NCBI RefSeq assembly: GCF_002113885.1
Contig: NW_018408922.1
Span: 1-64,000, forward strand
DNA length: 64,000 nucleotides
DNA from: Mizuhopecten yessoensis
Taxonomy: Eukaryota
Direction of reading: 5' to 3'
In this document: positions 52,167 to 64,000 of the stretch, in pieces
Numbering within the stretch: position 1 is the stretch's first letter
How the letters are laid out: the number at the start of each line of letters is the position of its first letter
The notes under the pieces: model-generated
Databases searched by the model: none
What the model saw: only the letters and a program-made list of their open reading frames with translations
What the model was told of the DNA's origin: nothing
Program-made: the position numbers and the translations under genes

Positions 52167-55100
52167 TTTCTTCAGGAAAAAGACAAATTAAACACGTATA
52201 CAATGTATCACATTTTGCAGATTGGACATAAATATATTTTTATATATTATCACAGATATGAAATAATGGACGAAATATATAGTTATTTTTTGGTATAAGG
52301 ACACGTGATCATGAGGGATTTCACTCCTCGGATATCCCAAAGTTTGGCATTTGAAGATGTGCAAGTATATTTGTATATATTGAGCATGCGTGTTTTTGTG
52401 TAGTACATGTATCTTGGGATATCTGAGGAGTGATAGATTGGTTAATGCATTTAAGGAAATTGTGAGGTTTGTTTGTTAGGGTATAGTGTTAAGATGGCTA
52501 TTTTGGTTGAGGAACGAATAGATTGAGTCAAAGAAGATTGATTCTTTCATCATTTTAGCAAAATCTACCAGGGCAAAATATCCATAAAAAAATAAAACAC
52601 AAGCGTCAGATTGAAGAACACGTTCTCCGACCATCGTCTCCTGGTTCCCGTCACCAGTATCTCAGACGTCATCTGTATATCACTCCATACCGTATAGCTT
52701 ACACGTCATTGATTAAAATCAGAGACCGGAAAAAAAGCCAGGAATAATGAGGATTCCGATGTAATGATGACTCAGTGCATCTTACTTGTCTGGGGTATAA
52801 ATACAGGCTCATTATATGTCTGATGGGAATTACATGTGTAAGCACGCATCCCTTACCTCAATTAAATGACGTCTAGAGTTACTTTAATAAATAACTATAC
52901 TTAATTTGAATTTTTTTTCTTCTTCATTTTTGTTTATATATTTGTTTGTTTTAGCTAACGAATGTAGATGACAAAACTTCAGCTAAATAATGTAAGTTCT
53001 TTGTTTTGGTAAGTTAATGTGATCAATTATCATCGCGCACGTGCTGCCCCGAGGGAGATTGCGCGAAAACTGGACATTGTCTTTTTTGTCAGTATTGAGG
53101 AGCCACGCTGAACCCAGAGGGAATTCGTGAGTTTAAACCGTCGGCAACGAAGAATAAAACAGACTTCCGTATGGAAAATATAATGCTCATAACGACTATC
53201 TTATGGCTGTTGCAGCGCTATTGCCGAGCCCTAGTGGTTTACTGATGATTCTATGAATATTGATGAAGTAATATCAAAATAAACAGGCTTACTAGCCGTT
53301 AGTCTCATTAGCGAGATCAAATAGTTCACGGTGAAGCATACAGATTATTTTTGGAGGAAATAAAGATAAGAACAATGCCGATATATATTATTATGATTTT
53401 TTAAAACTTGCATATCGAAAAGTCAATGAAGATAATATTGTTTTATATATATCTTTCTACATAGTTTTAGGGTTCATGGTATTCTTCCGCGGAAATCTTC
53501 TGTTTGTTTACGTTCGTCACAGACCGAGGGTCTCGATGATCATTGAGCCTAGAAGTCATCTAAAATATATGATATTTAGTTGACTTTTTTATCGATGGAT
53601 GACTATCTCAGGTAGAAATATATGTATATATATTCATGTAGATAATAAACAGTTTATCGCATAAGTCATCAAGAGCACGTGGATAATTTCAAGTCCACCT
53701 TCGGTAGCCACTCGAAGGATACGCGTGCTCTCGATGAGAAACACAGTGTGATAATCTATAAATCCAATATAGCATAGGATCCTCAACCGAAGACAATATT
53801 AGATTTAGGACATCACATAACTTATATATATCTGAAACATCAAAAGATATATATATATACAAAGGAAGAAAAAACAGGTAAAATATAATGCTTTTTATGA
53901 GGCAAACATAATTATTTTCTCCATTCATTAATAAGCAATTAATGCGTGCCAATTCAGTGGGAATTCTATCCTTTTGTCGTACATAATAATGACTATTTTC
54001 TGTCGAGTACTTTTACCTTCATAATCGATCTCGCCATCCCCATTCCTATCAGCCTCCGCGAGCATATCCTTGACCTCGTCGTCTGTAAGCTTCTCACCGA
54101 TACAGGTCAACGCCACTCGGAGCTCCTCGAAATTTATTTTGCCGCTATTGTCTCTATCAAACATTTTAAACGCATGGCTTAGTTCCGCTTCTACCTCCGT
54201 TGTTGCCATCTTTACTCTCATCATTTTTGTAAAGTCGTCAAAGTTGATCATTCCGTCTCCTAGCAACAAATTAGTAAACAAATTAAAACGGAGCTTTTTA
54301 AGCTTTAGTATGAATGTTTCGAATTGTAATATTAAGAAAAAATATTGTTCAATTTTTATTACGTCTAATAATGATTTAGTGAATTGATTGCGTCAAAAAC
54401 CACAATGCTTCTCACAAATCCTGAATGTGTAATATTTGAAATATGCTTCGGTTTGAGATATGAAACATTATACATTGTAAAACACAGTGATATGGTTGTT
54501 ATCAGATGCTTCCAATGAACAATAAAAAGCAAACAACAAAATATTCTTACAAGAACATTTGAAATGTAGATACCCGATAACATATGTTATATCTAACATG
54601 CTTCTATATTAAAAAATTATATTCCGTCCAATAAATAAAATTAAAAACATATAAAGTTGATTGAAGCGGCAATAAAACTGATATTTGCCGTTATTTTAAT
54701 GGGCCTTTTGAGTGTACGGGATCTGTATGGAGCGTCGCTGTCTATTGTGTTGCGGGACATGCCAGTAAAGCGATGGTATTTCGGCACGATACTCTGGCAT
54801 TCTAAGGGGTCGTAGTAGGGTCGGTGATTTACGTAAACATGTAACAGAAAGACGCAATCTAAACGCTGAAGTCAGCACAATTGAACATTAAAAATGTTTC
54901 ACATGGTCAGAAGATATGGCCAGAATTTAGTAGAGTTACCTTATATAAACACCTACATATGTATAAACTAAGGTACGCTGAATAAAGTACCGACTAATAA
55001 TCACGGTCATTTTGTGGTGATCAATTGTGCGTTCATGTCTTTTATGACTTAAGACCAAAGCTATGTTGATAACGCCTAATCTGAATAAAAGGAAGAAATT

Positions 55101-56889
55101 TAGATAAAAAAAAATGTGTATACAAAATGTACAAGTATTTCAAAAAACACTGTTCATGTACAGATGTCGGAAATAATTTGTCTCCGACGATGGGATGCAA
55201 TCCTAAGATTGTGGCGTGCCAGCGCAAAAAGATCAAAATGCTGCTTGACGACCGACTGACACCACTGCAGGCTGGAGATTGAGAAAATGATATACCTGAC
55301 GTTCGCCACTGCCCGTTGTAAGAGGCGGCTAATGTGGGAACCCCCTGCAGAACTGGGAGTTTGCTTTTGGGCCCTTTACTTCGAGACACAAAAGTCACCG
55401 ATATATATCTAGTGCACCCATTGCACATTGTGAATCTTACATTTTATCTTTACTCCCTAAATTAAAGAATTTTATTTCCTTACTTCATCCCAAGCGATAA
55501 ATCCACTGTCCGCCTAAGTGTTGAACGTTCGCCTGCACGCGGGCAAGGCAATGGATTCTGTCTGCAGGCCGGGCATACCAAAGTCCTTAAAAATGGTAGT
55601 TGTTATTCTCGGGTTTGGTTTTGTTTATTTTTGTTTAACGTCCTGATAACAGGTAAGGTCATTTAAGGACGTACCATTATGTGTGTAGTGTATGCGTGCT
55701 TGCGTGTATGTATGCAGGAGACAGGGTATGTTGGTGTGCTTGCCTCTTTGTGATAGCGCGAATCAGACATTATAGTGCTATCTCACTGAAATACCATGCC
55801 GAAGGCACCGAGCACAGCATTCCGCCCGGTCACATTATACGTCAACGGATAAACCAGTTGTTGCCATTCTCTGTTAAACGTTAAGCATTAGGGTAATGAC
55901 AATAGTTGGTTAACCGTTATCAGTATAATCTGACCGGGTCTGGTATAAGCTGTTGCATTGGTAATATGACGCTAAACCAAATAAAACCAAACCAATCGGA
56001 AAATCCCACTGTCGTTGGTATTTATAGGGAACATGATTTAGATTCATTCTCACAATACTTTTTTTTTGTCACGAGTTCGAGATTCTGTTTCTCGCATATC
56101 ATAAAAAACCAATGGGACGACACGCTGCATAAGTTTAATTCACATTGTAAAAGTATCTGCAAATAGAGACACACAAATATAATGTACCATTAAACATTGC
56201 ATTCGATCCGTTAAATCCTAAGTTCTAGATGTTGAAATCATTCATTATCCTGATCTTGTATGGTAAAAACTAACAATTTTGACGGAAAGAGCCGTGATTC
56301 AATGTCCATTATGATTAGCTTGGAACCGAATATTTAACCAACGGAAAATAGTCTCTAAACTTGATACTCGGTTCCTAATATTTACTTTGAATTTTGGTCT
56401 GGCATCGCCGTACACGTTTGAACCCAGTTGGGACTTACTTTTAAATGGATATTGATTGATGTTGACAGGGTTTGAAGCGATACATGAACATGTTTGAGTA
56501 TATTTGTTTGCAACAGTTACTTAAGCGAAGGAAGCAATGGTTCGTCCTCTGTGTCGCTGTTACACATCGGTTTTCATTATTCATTGTAAAATGTATTTCA
56601 GCACAGTCTCTACAGAGCATGAAGTCGACTGTACATGTCTTTGTAGCGCTATGGATCCGAGTGCAGTCAATATTCTGGTACCATACGTTTTATAAAGCGA
56701 TTAATTAATGATGGTTTGAATATCGATTGATTAATTGTCTGGCTCGAACTAAGGAAGAGATCTATTGTCCAGGTGAAAAAAGGATTCTAGTTATAGTCCG
56801 GGAAAACCTTACATGTACTGTAGATAGGAATATTGTCAGGTATCGCTTGGTACAGTACAAACACACACAGGTGAGCAGTCTCGTGGGTG

Positions 56890-56920
<31 letters not shown>

Positions 56921-59900
56921 AGTTTCAACTTACAAAAGTTGTAGAAACAATGAAGTTTTAAAGTCTTACGGGCGCGAGAAAGAATAAACCAGTTGTATTC
57001 CATGGTATGACCGTATGGTGCGATTATTTTTGAAGCTGCTTTCAGAAATGAAATTGCAAGCTATATGTACAGTGTAGTTTGATGGTAAATACGAACGTCA
57101 GTGCCTACGAACGGAACACTGTATCCCTCCGCGATGTTGTCTCCGTGGGATTCAACTATTCCAAATGAACAAGTTGTCAAATAAGAAAAGATGACACTCC
57201 GGAACGATGGATCCGGACGTTCCATAAGTTCATCAGGCCAGTACTGTACTTATTATCACAGGCATAGACGTATATAATATAGGGTATGGATCAGAAATAG
57301 TAACCGCGCTTGTATTTACACTTACACAGCTTAGAAATATAATGTACAAACCAGATGAATATATATATATATATCACAAACAACGTATGAGTAGACTAGC
57401 GCTTCAAAAACGTTACTCAATTACCACCTTGTTACAACAGCATTGCCTGTTACAATATTGTACCTGAGATCCCAAGGGGCCCAATTTCTGTTCGACTGCG
57501 CAACCAATTAGGGTTCCAATTTTCTATAGGGAATTTGCATATGTGTTATGTACACCAAGATACCCCCGTGAAGTCAATTATACAGCCCCAAATGATGAAT
57601 AGGTTATTTACACCGACGAGTATTAGTGTGAAAGGTCAAAGGTCGCAATCAACAGTTTGAAGATAACTCGATCCGTTACAATCCTCCATACCGCACTACT
57701 AATATCACTTGATATTCTCTCTAGGTGTTAAACAGTTTTCATTAAGTCCAGAAACGTGTCACTTTTATTCAATCTAAACATGTATATAAACATTCTAATT
57801 GTTTTCAATTATTTGGCATACAGAGAATTATATACACACTTTCCACAACCTGATATGGTACTATAAGCCCGATGGCTGGCAAGGTCGAGTATTGGTATAC
57901 GTCTCGAATGTTGATGCCCACTAAAGATCGATATTGACCAAATTGTATTCTTACCAAATTAAAAAACAACAACCTTATATTGTGTATTATTAAAATGTAG
58001 TAAAAGGGGAAAAAAATCAATAGGTCAAACTTTGTAGAATAACAAGAGACTGTACGACGTCCCCTTAAGGGCATTCTATGGAATGATTATCTTTGATTCA
58101 ATGTGTAGTAAAACGCGTTATACTGCCATTATTTACGAAAACAAGTTTTGACTTTATAACGGGGTTTGACGAAATATCGAGAGGTTCGAGTAAAGCAGTT
58201 GATAAAAAAGTAAAAAGATGTAAACAAAATTAAATATTGAAGTACAATGGTGCATGGCTACCCAGGTGGCAAATTGAAAATAGAAACTTTGGACTACAGC
58301 GAGGTTTTACGCTAAGTTGACTTGCCAAACGATACGGAACGTGAACGTAGACATATGTCAGTCTTATCTATATGTATTTACAATAGATATATATATATGT
58401 ACACTCTGCCAAGTTTTGCGGTCTGTGATTAAATTAAATTGGTCAACTCGGCACCGACGTTGTCCTAGTATCGATATTACGATCTAACACTGAGTACAGC
58501 TACACCATGGGGAAAAAGCCAGACTTCACTTAAATTGGTTTGTTAGGTAAACTTTTTTCACTTTCTTTATCATAAATGTGGTTGTTTTCTGTATCCGTGC
58601 GTGCGTCTGCTAAACAACAGATACGAGTGAGACTTATAATTCTATCAATATAGGAAAGATAAATTCAGTTCCTTCATTGTACTTTCGAATGTTTCTGTAG
58701 ATCCCATAAATATTGTAGATAGCTGTACAATGTTTGGTACAGTTATACAATGTAAGTGGTAAACACGAGCCCCACTCGTGCAACACACTTGACTGTGAAG
58801 AAATGATCTAGTCACGAACCATTCGTCCGTTTGTAAAACGAAGCAAGATGCTTAATCAGGATTACGAGTTAGTTAAAGTAACAGAATTGATACTTCCAGA
58901 AGAAAACTTTGTTTTTTTTTCTTTTATTTTTAAATCATATTCTAAAAGAACTGTTGGTCGTATTAATAATGTTCCTTTATCACACTCTGTCTCGTTAGTG
59001 GCAGTTTCGACATTGTTCATTCTTTAAGGATCCCTGTACCACTGTCAGAAACTGTAACTGAGCATTGGAAACTGTCTGTCCCGGCATGACTACAGCTTTG
59101 GTAAATTAATGCTGAAAAGAAAGCCATATCTTGCGGGTCTTTCATGAAAAAAATATAAAGACGAAATAGACAACAAATAATCAGCAAATATGTGTAAAAA
59201 TTCAGTGGGACCTTTCTAACCGACTAAGCTATCTTATCAACGAACGTGCCCTGACCCAACTGTAATACAGTTATACATTTATCAAAAAAAAAAAAAAAAA
59301 AAATATGGACAGGTTACTGTACATACGAAATACCACGGTGTCATGGGACAGAGATCCTTAATATCTAGTCTTTCATTACCGGAAGGCAAACGGGGGAGTT
59401 AAGTTTAAAAAGACGTTACTTCCGGTCGAAAACTTACCGTCTATGTCTTTGTCTTTTAACAGATCCTCCACTTCCACCTTTGTGGGATTCTGTCCTAAGG
59501 CCCGCATTACCAGGGTGAGGTTCTCCGCTGTAACCTTGCCGCTGTTATCAAGGTCAAACATCTTAAATGTCTCGCGTAAACCTGTAAACAAATAAAATAT
59601 TTAAATCACTTGTAATTTGCACGAATTTGAATGAAGCAAAATATAGCCATATTAACTGATATTTTATAACTTGAAGCAAGTTGTTCAAATTAATAATAAT
59701 ACTATGATATCCATCTTTATATTCAATGACATAATTAGTAAATAGGTTTTGAAAATACCATGTTTTGATTTGTGCGATTTGATACTGTGAAATTAACAGC
59801 GAACGTACCTTGCATCTCTTGAATAAGAAAATATGACACTAAGCCTAAACTTATACTTACGCGCAAGTTCCGTTTCCGACAGTTCCGGAAGAGTCTATAA

Positions 59901-62659
59901 AGTAACCATGACAACCGTCTCAGTTTTGTGAGAAAATATTATCAGCATTAGGGTACATACATATTTAATGAGAACATGTTTCCAATAATTGCCAATCAAC
60001 ACTATCGTTAATTATATAAATGCAAAGTGACAGAAGTTATTCATTTATATTCGTACGTAATAATAACATTACATGATGTAACAGAACGAAGCTTGTATTT
60101 TATCCCGACAATGGGGCAAGTATCTTGTTAACGGAGAGCTTTTAATCTCATACTTACTACAAACGAGTAAACAGTTCTCCTTATCCGCTCAAGTAAACCT
60201 TTTATTATTCAATACATTAGGATTGTTTATTCAATTCTGACCGGAGCGGCGAAGAAATACAGTTTGTTTGAAGTTCTACGTTCAGGGAAGGAAACCTCAA
60301 GATTAAATAAAATTGTGTGCATTTCTTAAAAGTCTATTGAAACAAAATCAAACAAACCCCAATTGTACACAAACAATACCAATACGAATTAGATTTAGGT
60401 ACATATGTACTTGACGGTCACGTTTTATAATGAAACCCTACATAGTATACAATATTACGCAATAAACGTGTGGTATGATTACGTTTTGCGCCACACAAAA
60501 ATATTTTACGAACATTACAAATGTATCTCTGTTCCAATCTACAACGTGCTATACCCGGATGTGATTGCGTTGGTTTACAGTCTTTTTCAGTACACTTACC
60601 TACGTGAAAAAAATAACTTGCGTAGGTCGGAAACTTGAAGATTCGTCCTCGCAAACGAAGGAGAACAAGTTTTAGACATTCTATTGCACAAAGATGATAC
60701 AAATTATACTTTTATATCTACGAAAACATGACATTCTGGTCTGGCTGATACATGTAAGAACCAGATCTAAAAACCTACATCGACATCCATATATAAATAC
60801 ACTGTAAATATTTCTTTGTTAAAAAACTGTTTAGTATAGAAACCTTTGTAATATAGACCCTCATACAAATCCCGTTGTATAAACACATACATGTACATTG
60901 AACCTGTTATAAACGTTTCATGTTGTATTCGAACTGTGTTATGTTGTAAAATGCGATTAAAGCGGGGACTCTTGCACTCGTGCGGCTAAGATATTTTAAA
61001 AATATTAGCCACACTCGTGAAATATATTTGGTATTACTGAAGACACTGTTAGATATCCTCTATATACTTGTGGTTTGTGTTAGAGTAAATATTTGTATGC
61101 TACATAATACCTGTGATCTGTGTTTAAATTAAGGTTATATGCTACCTTATACAATTTACATGTACCGGGTATTTGTGTTAAAGTAATTAAAGTGATATGC
61201 TATCTTATACATTTTACATGTACTTGTGATTTGTGTTAGAGTTAAGGTTATATGCTACCTTATACGATTAACATGCACCTGTGATTTGTGTTAGAGTTAA
61301 GGTTATATGCTACCTTATACAATTTACATGTATCGGTTATTTGTGTTAAAGTGAAAGTGATATGCTACCTTATACGATTAACACGCACCTGTGATTTGTG
61401 TTAGAGTAAAGGTTATATGCTACCTTATACAATTTACATGCACCGGTTATTTGTGTTAAAAGTTAATGTTATATGATATCTTATACAATTTACATGTACC
61501 TGTGATTTGTGTTAGAGTTAAGATTATATGCTACCCTATACAATTTACATGTACCGGTTATTTATGTTAGAAATTAATGTTATATGATATCTTATACAAT
61601 TTACATGTACCTGTGATTTGTGTTAGAGTAAAGATTATATGCTACCTTATACAATTTATATGTACTTGTGATTTGTGTTTAGGTAAACTTGTGAACCGAT
61701 GTACGTTACATGATATGCTACCAAACGCATTATACCTATGACTTGTAATAGAGTTAAGGCTATATGCTACCTTACCTTATACCTATGATTTGTAATAGAG
61801 TTAACGCTATATGCTACCTTACACATTATACCTTTGAATTGTAATATTAATTAAGGCTATATGCTACCTTACATTATACCTATGATTTGTAATATTTAAT
61901 TAAGACTATATGCTACCTTACACATTACACCTATGATTTGTAATAGAGTTAAGGCTATATGCTACCTTACTTTTTACCTATGATTTGTAATAGAGTTAAG
62001 GCTATATGCTACCTTACACATTATACCTATGTTTTTGTAATATAAATTAAGGCTATATGCTACCTCACATTATACCTATGATTTGTAATAGAGTTAAGGC
62101 TATATACTACCTTACATTATACCTTTGATTTGTAATATTAATTAAGGCTATATGCTACCTCACATTATACCTATGATTTGTAATAGAGTTAAGGCTATAT
62201 GCTACCTTACATTATACCTATGATTTGTAATATTAATTAAGGCTATATGCTACCTTAAACGTTTTGATTGCTGTTTGCTTTATTCTCTACATTTATAACA
62301 CAGGTCATGCAGGTATTACTAGCTGTAATGTCAAGCTACTTCATTCTTATCTTTTCTGTATACATGTTCATTTCAAGTGTGCCATCAATCTATCAAATAA
62401 GCTAGCATTACCATCTATAAGCAATACTTTTTGTTAAACTCTTCTAACATAGAAATACATTTCACAGTATTGTAGCATATATACTTAAGTTAAAGATAGG
62501 TATTTAAACAATAATCTGCATGCAGACGACACAACTGTTATTTAAATACAGTCTTGCTACCCATTTCTTCTCTGACAGGTGTAACATCCCAATAAAAAAA
62601 ATACGCAATCAAAGATATATATCAAATGTTAAGACAAAGACAATATATACACTTACCAT
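48468..62659 (-). CDS. Calmodulin-like protein E (149 aa), join(62659-62657,59894-59861,59581-59438,54259-54017,48493-48468)
   Basis: MTLPELSETELARLRETFKMFDLDNSGKVTAENLTLVMRALGQNPTKVEVEDLLKDKDIDGDGMINFDDFTKMMRVKMATTEVEAELSHAFKMFDRDNSGKINFEELRVALTCIGEKLTDDEVKDMLAEADRNGDGEIDYEEFVQMMSH*; the most divergent member. Confidence 0.9.
48836..49605. repeat. 61-bp minisatellite built from two ~30-bp subunits
   Basis: Unit gtaccacagcgtcaacacacaaaatctaaattatcatggtctaaacacaccaggacaaaat. Confidence 0.95.
52125..52166. repeat. (ATA)14 microsatellite
   Basis: Perfect trinucleotide run. Confidence 0.97.
52321..52433. repeat. 20-bp inverted repeat, MITE-like
   Basis: tcactcctcggatatcccaa ... ttgggatatctgaggagtga (19/20 match). 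Confidence 0.75.
54017..54259 (-). CDS. CaML-E 243-nt exon
   Basis: ttgttgctag|GA GAC GGA ... TAT GAA G|gtaaaa. Confidence 0.95.
55505..55995 (+). mobile_element. tRNA-derived SINE (Meta-core-like), interrupted
   Basis: Decayed tRNA-like head, cataccaaagtccttaaaaatggtag, core taagcattaggg..ttggtt..tcagtataat.tgaccggg and an (AAACC)-type tail. Family recognised from memory of mollusc MetaSINEs. Confidence 0.65.
55611..55882 (-). mobile_element. 5'-truncated SINE of a related family, inserted antisense
   Basis: Minus strand reads actggtttatccgtt..gtataatgtgaccggg..ttcagtgagatagcactataa ... ggacgttaaacaaaaataaacaaaaccaaacc. Confidence 0.7.
59438..59581 (-). CDS. CaML-E 144-nt exon
   Basis: ttgtttacag|GT TTA CGC GAG ... 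ATA GAC G|gtaagt. Confidence 0.94.
59861..59894 (-). CDS. CaML-E exon 2 (TLPELSETELA)
   Basis: ttactttatag|ACT CTT CCG GAA CTG TCG GAA ACG GAA CTT GCG C|gtaagt; 34 nt. Confidence 0.82.
61068..61690. repeat. 55-bp minisatellite (about 11 copies)
   Basis: Unit cctgtgatttgtgttagagttaaggttatatgctaccttatacaatttacatgta. Confidence 0.95.
61729..62257. repeat. 47-49-bp minisatellite (about 11 copies), related to the 55-bp array
   Basis: Unit cctatgatttgtaatagagttaaggctatatgctaccttacattata. Confidence 0.95.
62657..62659 (-). CDS. CaML-E ATG-only start exon
   Basis: atagacATG|gtaagt. Confidence 0.75.
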
Positions 62660-64000
62660 GTCTATATGACCGAATGCACCGTGGTTTATACCAGCATAAC
62701 ATATAAACGTCGCACAAAGTCCGTCGGCACGTACAGCAAAACACTGTTATAGTCTTGAACTCGTTTTTCTGGACTAAATCCCGACACGTTCATGCCACAG
62801 AGAGGTGTGAGAGGGTCATTGTTTCATTGTTTTTGACTTAGCCAAAGATGATCTGATCTGTGATACTGTTTTAAACTGCAAGATGAACTTTGGAGTAAAC
62901 ATTCGATAACAATTCACCTGTCAAAATGCAATAGCAGGCTTTGTCCCGGTGGTCTTAACGCAGAAGGCTCGTAGCCATTGTCTGCTAAGCTACAATTACA
63001 CCTGTACACGTTTGCAATTAAATTTTAAGGACCACCGGTTTTGAATGATCTTTATTACGGGTTTAAGTTTTTGGTAATGTTTACAAGATAAAGGATAAAC
63101 AACCTCATTGAATTAACTTAAGTTAGATATTTAAAAGTACAAAGTTGTTTAAAATGTACATGTATTAAAGTATAAAATTTCAATGTTCTTTCGTGCCTAG
63201 TCAGTTTTTGAAAAGAACACGTTTCCTTCTAAATTCAAAACTGAAGAACAAACTGATAAATTTGAAGTTTTCGAGCTTCAAAGTTTAACGATCCAGTTTT
63301 CGGATTATAGCATTAGGAGAAATGCTGACTAAAGTATTGTCGTATTGAAAAATAATAAACACACTTTTGTTATCCTTTTTATTCTTTCACACTTCTATAT
63401 ATTCAAGTATTTTTCAAGTTCACTGTCATATGTATGCATTATATTAAAACTGCAACAAGTGATATCGTTTAAAAAGTAATTAATATTGAATATTTCATTG
63501 ATACTTGTTGAACTTTTATGTCACATTAAGCTGATCATGTTTTTGACAAATAAATTACTTATTTCCTCAACGATTCAACGCAAGTAACATTGTCTTTCGA
63601 GTTTTAATATTTTTTAAAAATGTTCCTAGCTCTAACTCTGCAGAACACCGCGTCTAAAGTATGGCAAGCTTAACAAATTGACCATGAATGATTTCAACCG
63701 GTTTTTTCTTCTTCTAAATTTAACAAATATCAATTTTCACTAAAATTGGAAGCATATATGGCGATTGATTATTTTCAAAAAGATATCATGCATGACTGTA
63801 CAATTTGGTGAATATATTTCTATACATTGTTATATCTATATCTTTTGGATATATTGTTTATTTTATCTTTAATAATTTAACAAATTATTTTTCAATTGAT
63901 TTGATTTGACTTTTTTTTCAGATTTTTTTTTATATATAAAAAAATACATTCACTTGCTGCCTTAATATCGCCTAAATGTTTTTCCAAAGGAGTGTTGATA

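Overview
AT-rich eukaryotic (animal) genomic DNA with two assembly gaps. The intron layout and SINE/MITE content suggest a lophotrochozoan, probably a bivalve mollusc (inference). The window is a tandem cluster of five divergent calmodulin-like (CaML) genes, reconstructed by hand from GT-AG splice sites: CaML-A (-, 1595-8266, 148 aa), CaML-B (+, 12160-15478, 158 aa), CaML-C (-, 19474-28899, 164 aa), CaML-D (-, 35228-43935, 171 aa) and CaML-E (-, 48468-62659, 149 aa). All five keep the invertebrate calmodulin exon plan (start exon | short N-terminal exon | 144 nt | 243 nt, 246 in C | terminal exon), and all frames are intact. None is canonical calmodulin. Each has a different pattern of intact versus altered EF-hand loops and different N- and C-termini. 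Introns and spacers carry at least eight minisatellite arrays, MITE-like fold-back elements and a nested pair of SINEs. Most of the supplied ORF track is spurious: antisense shadows of the exons, repeat translations and random ORFs.
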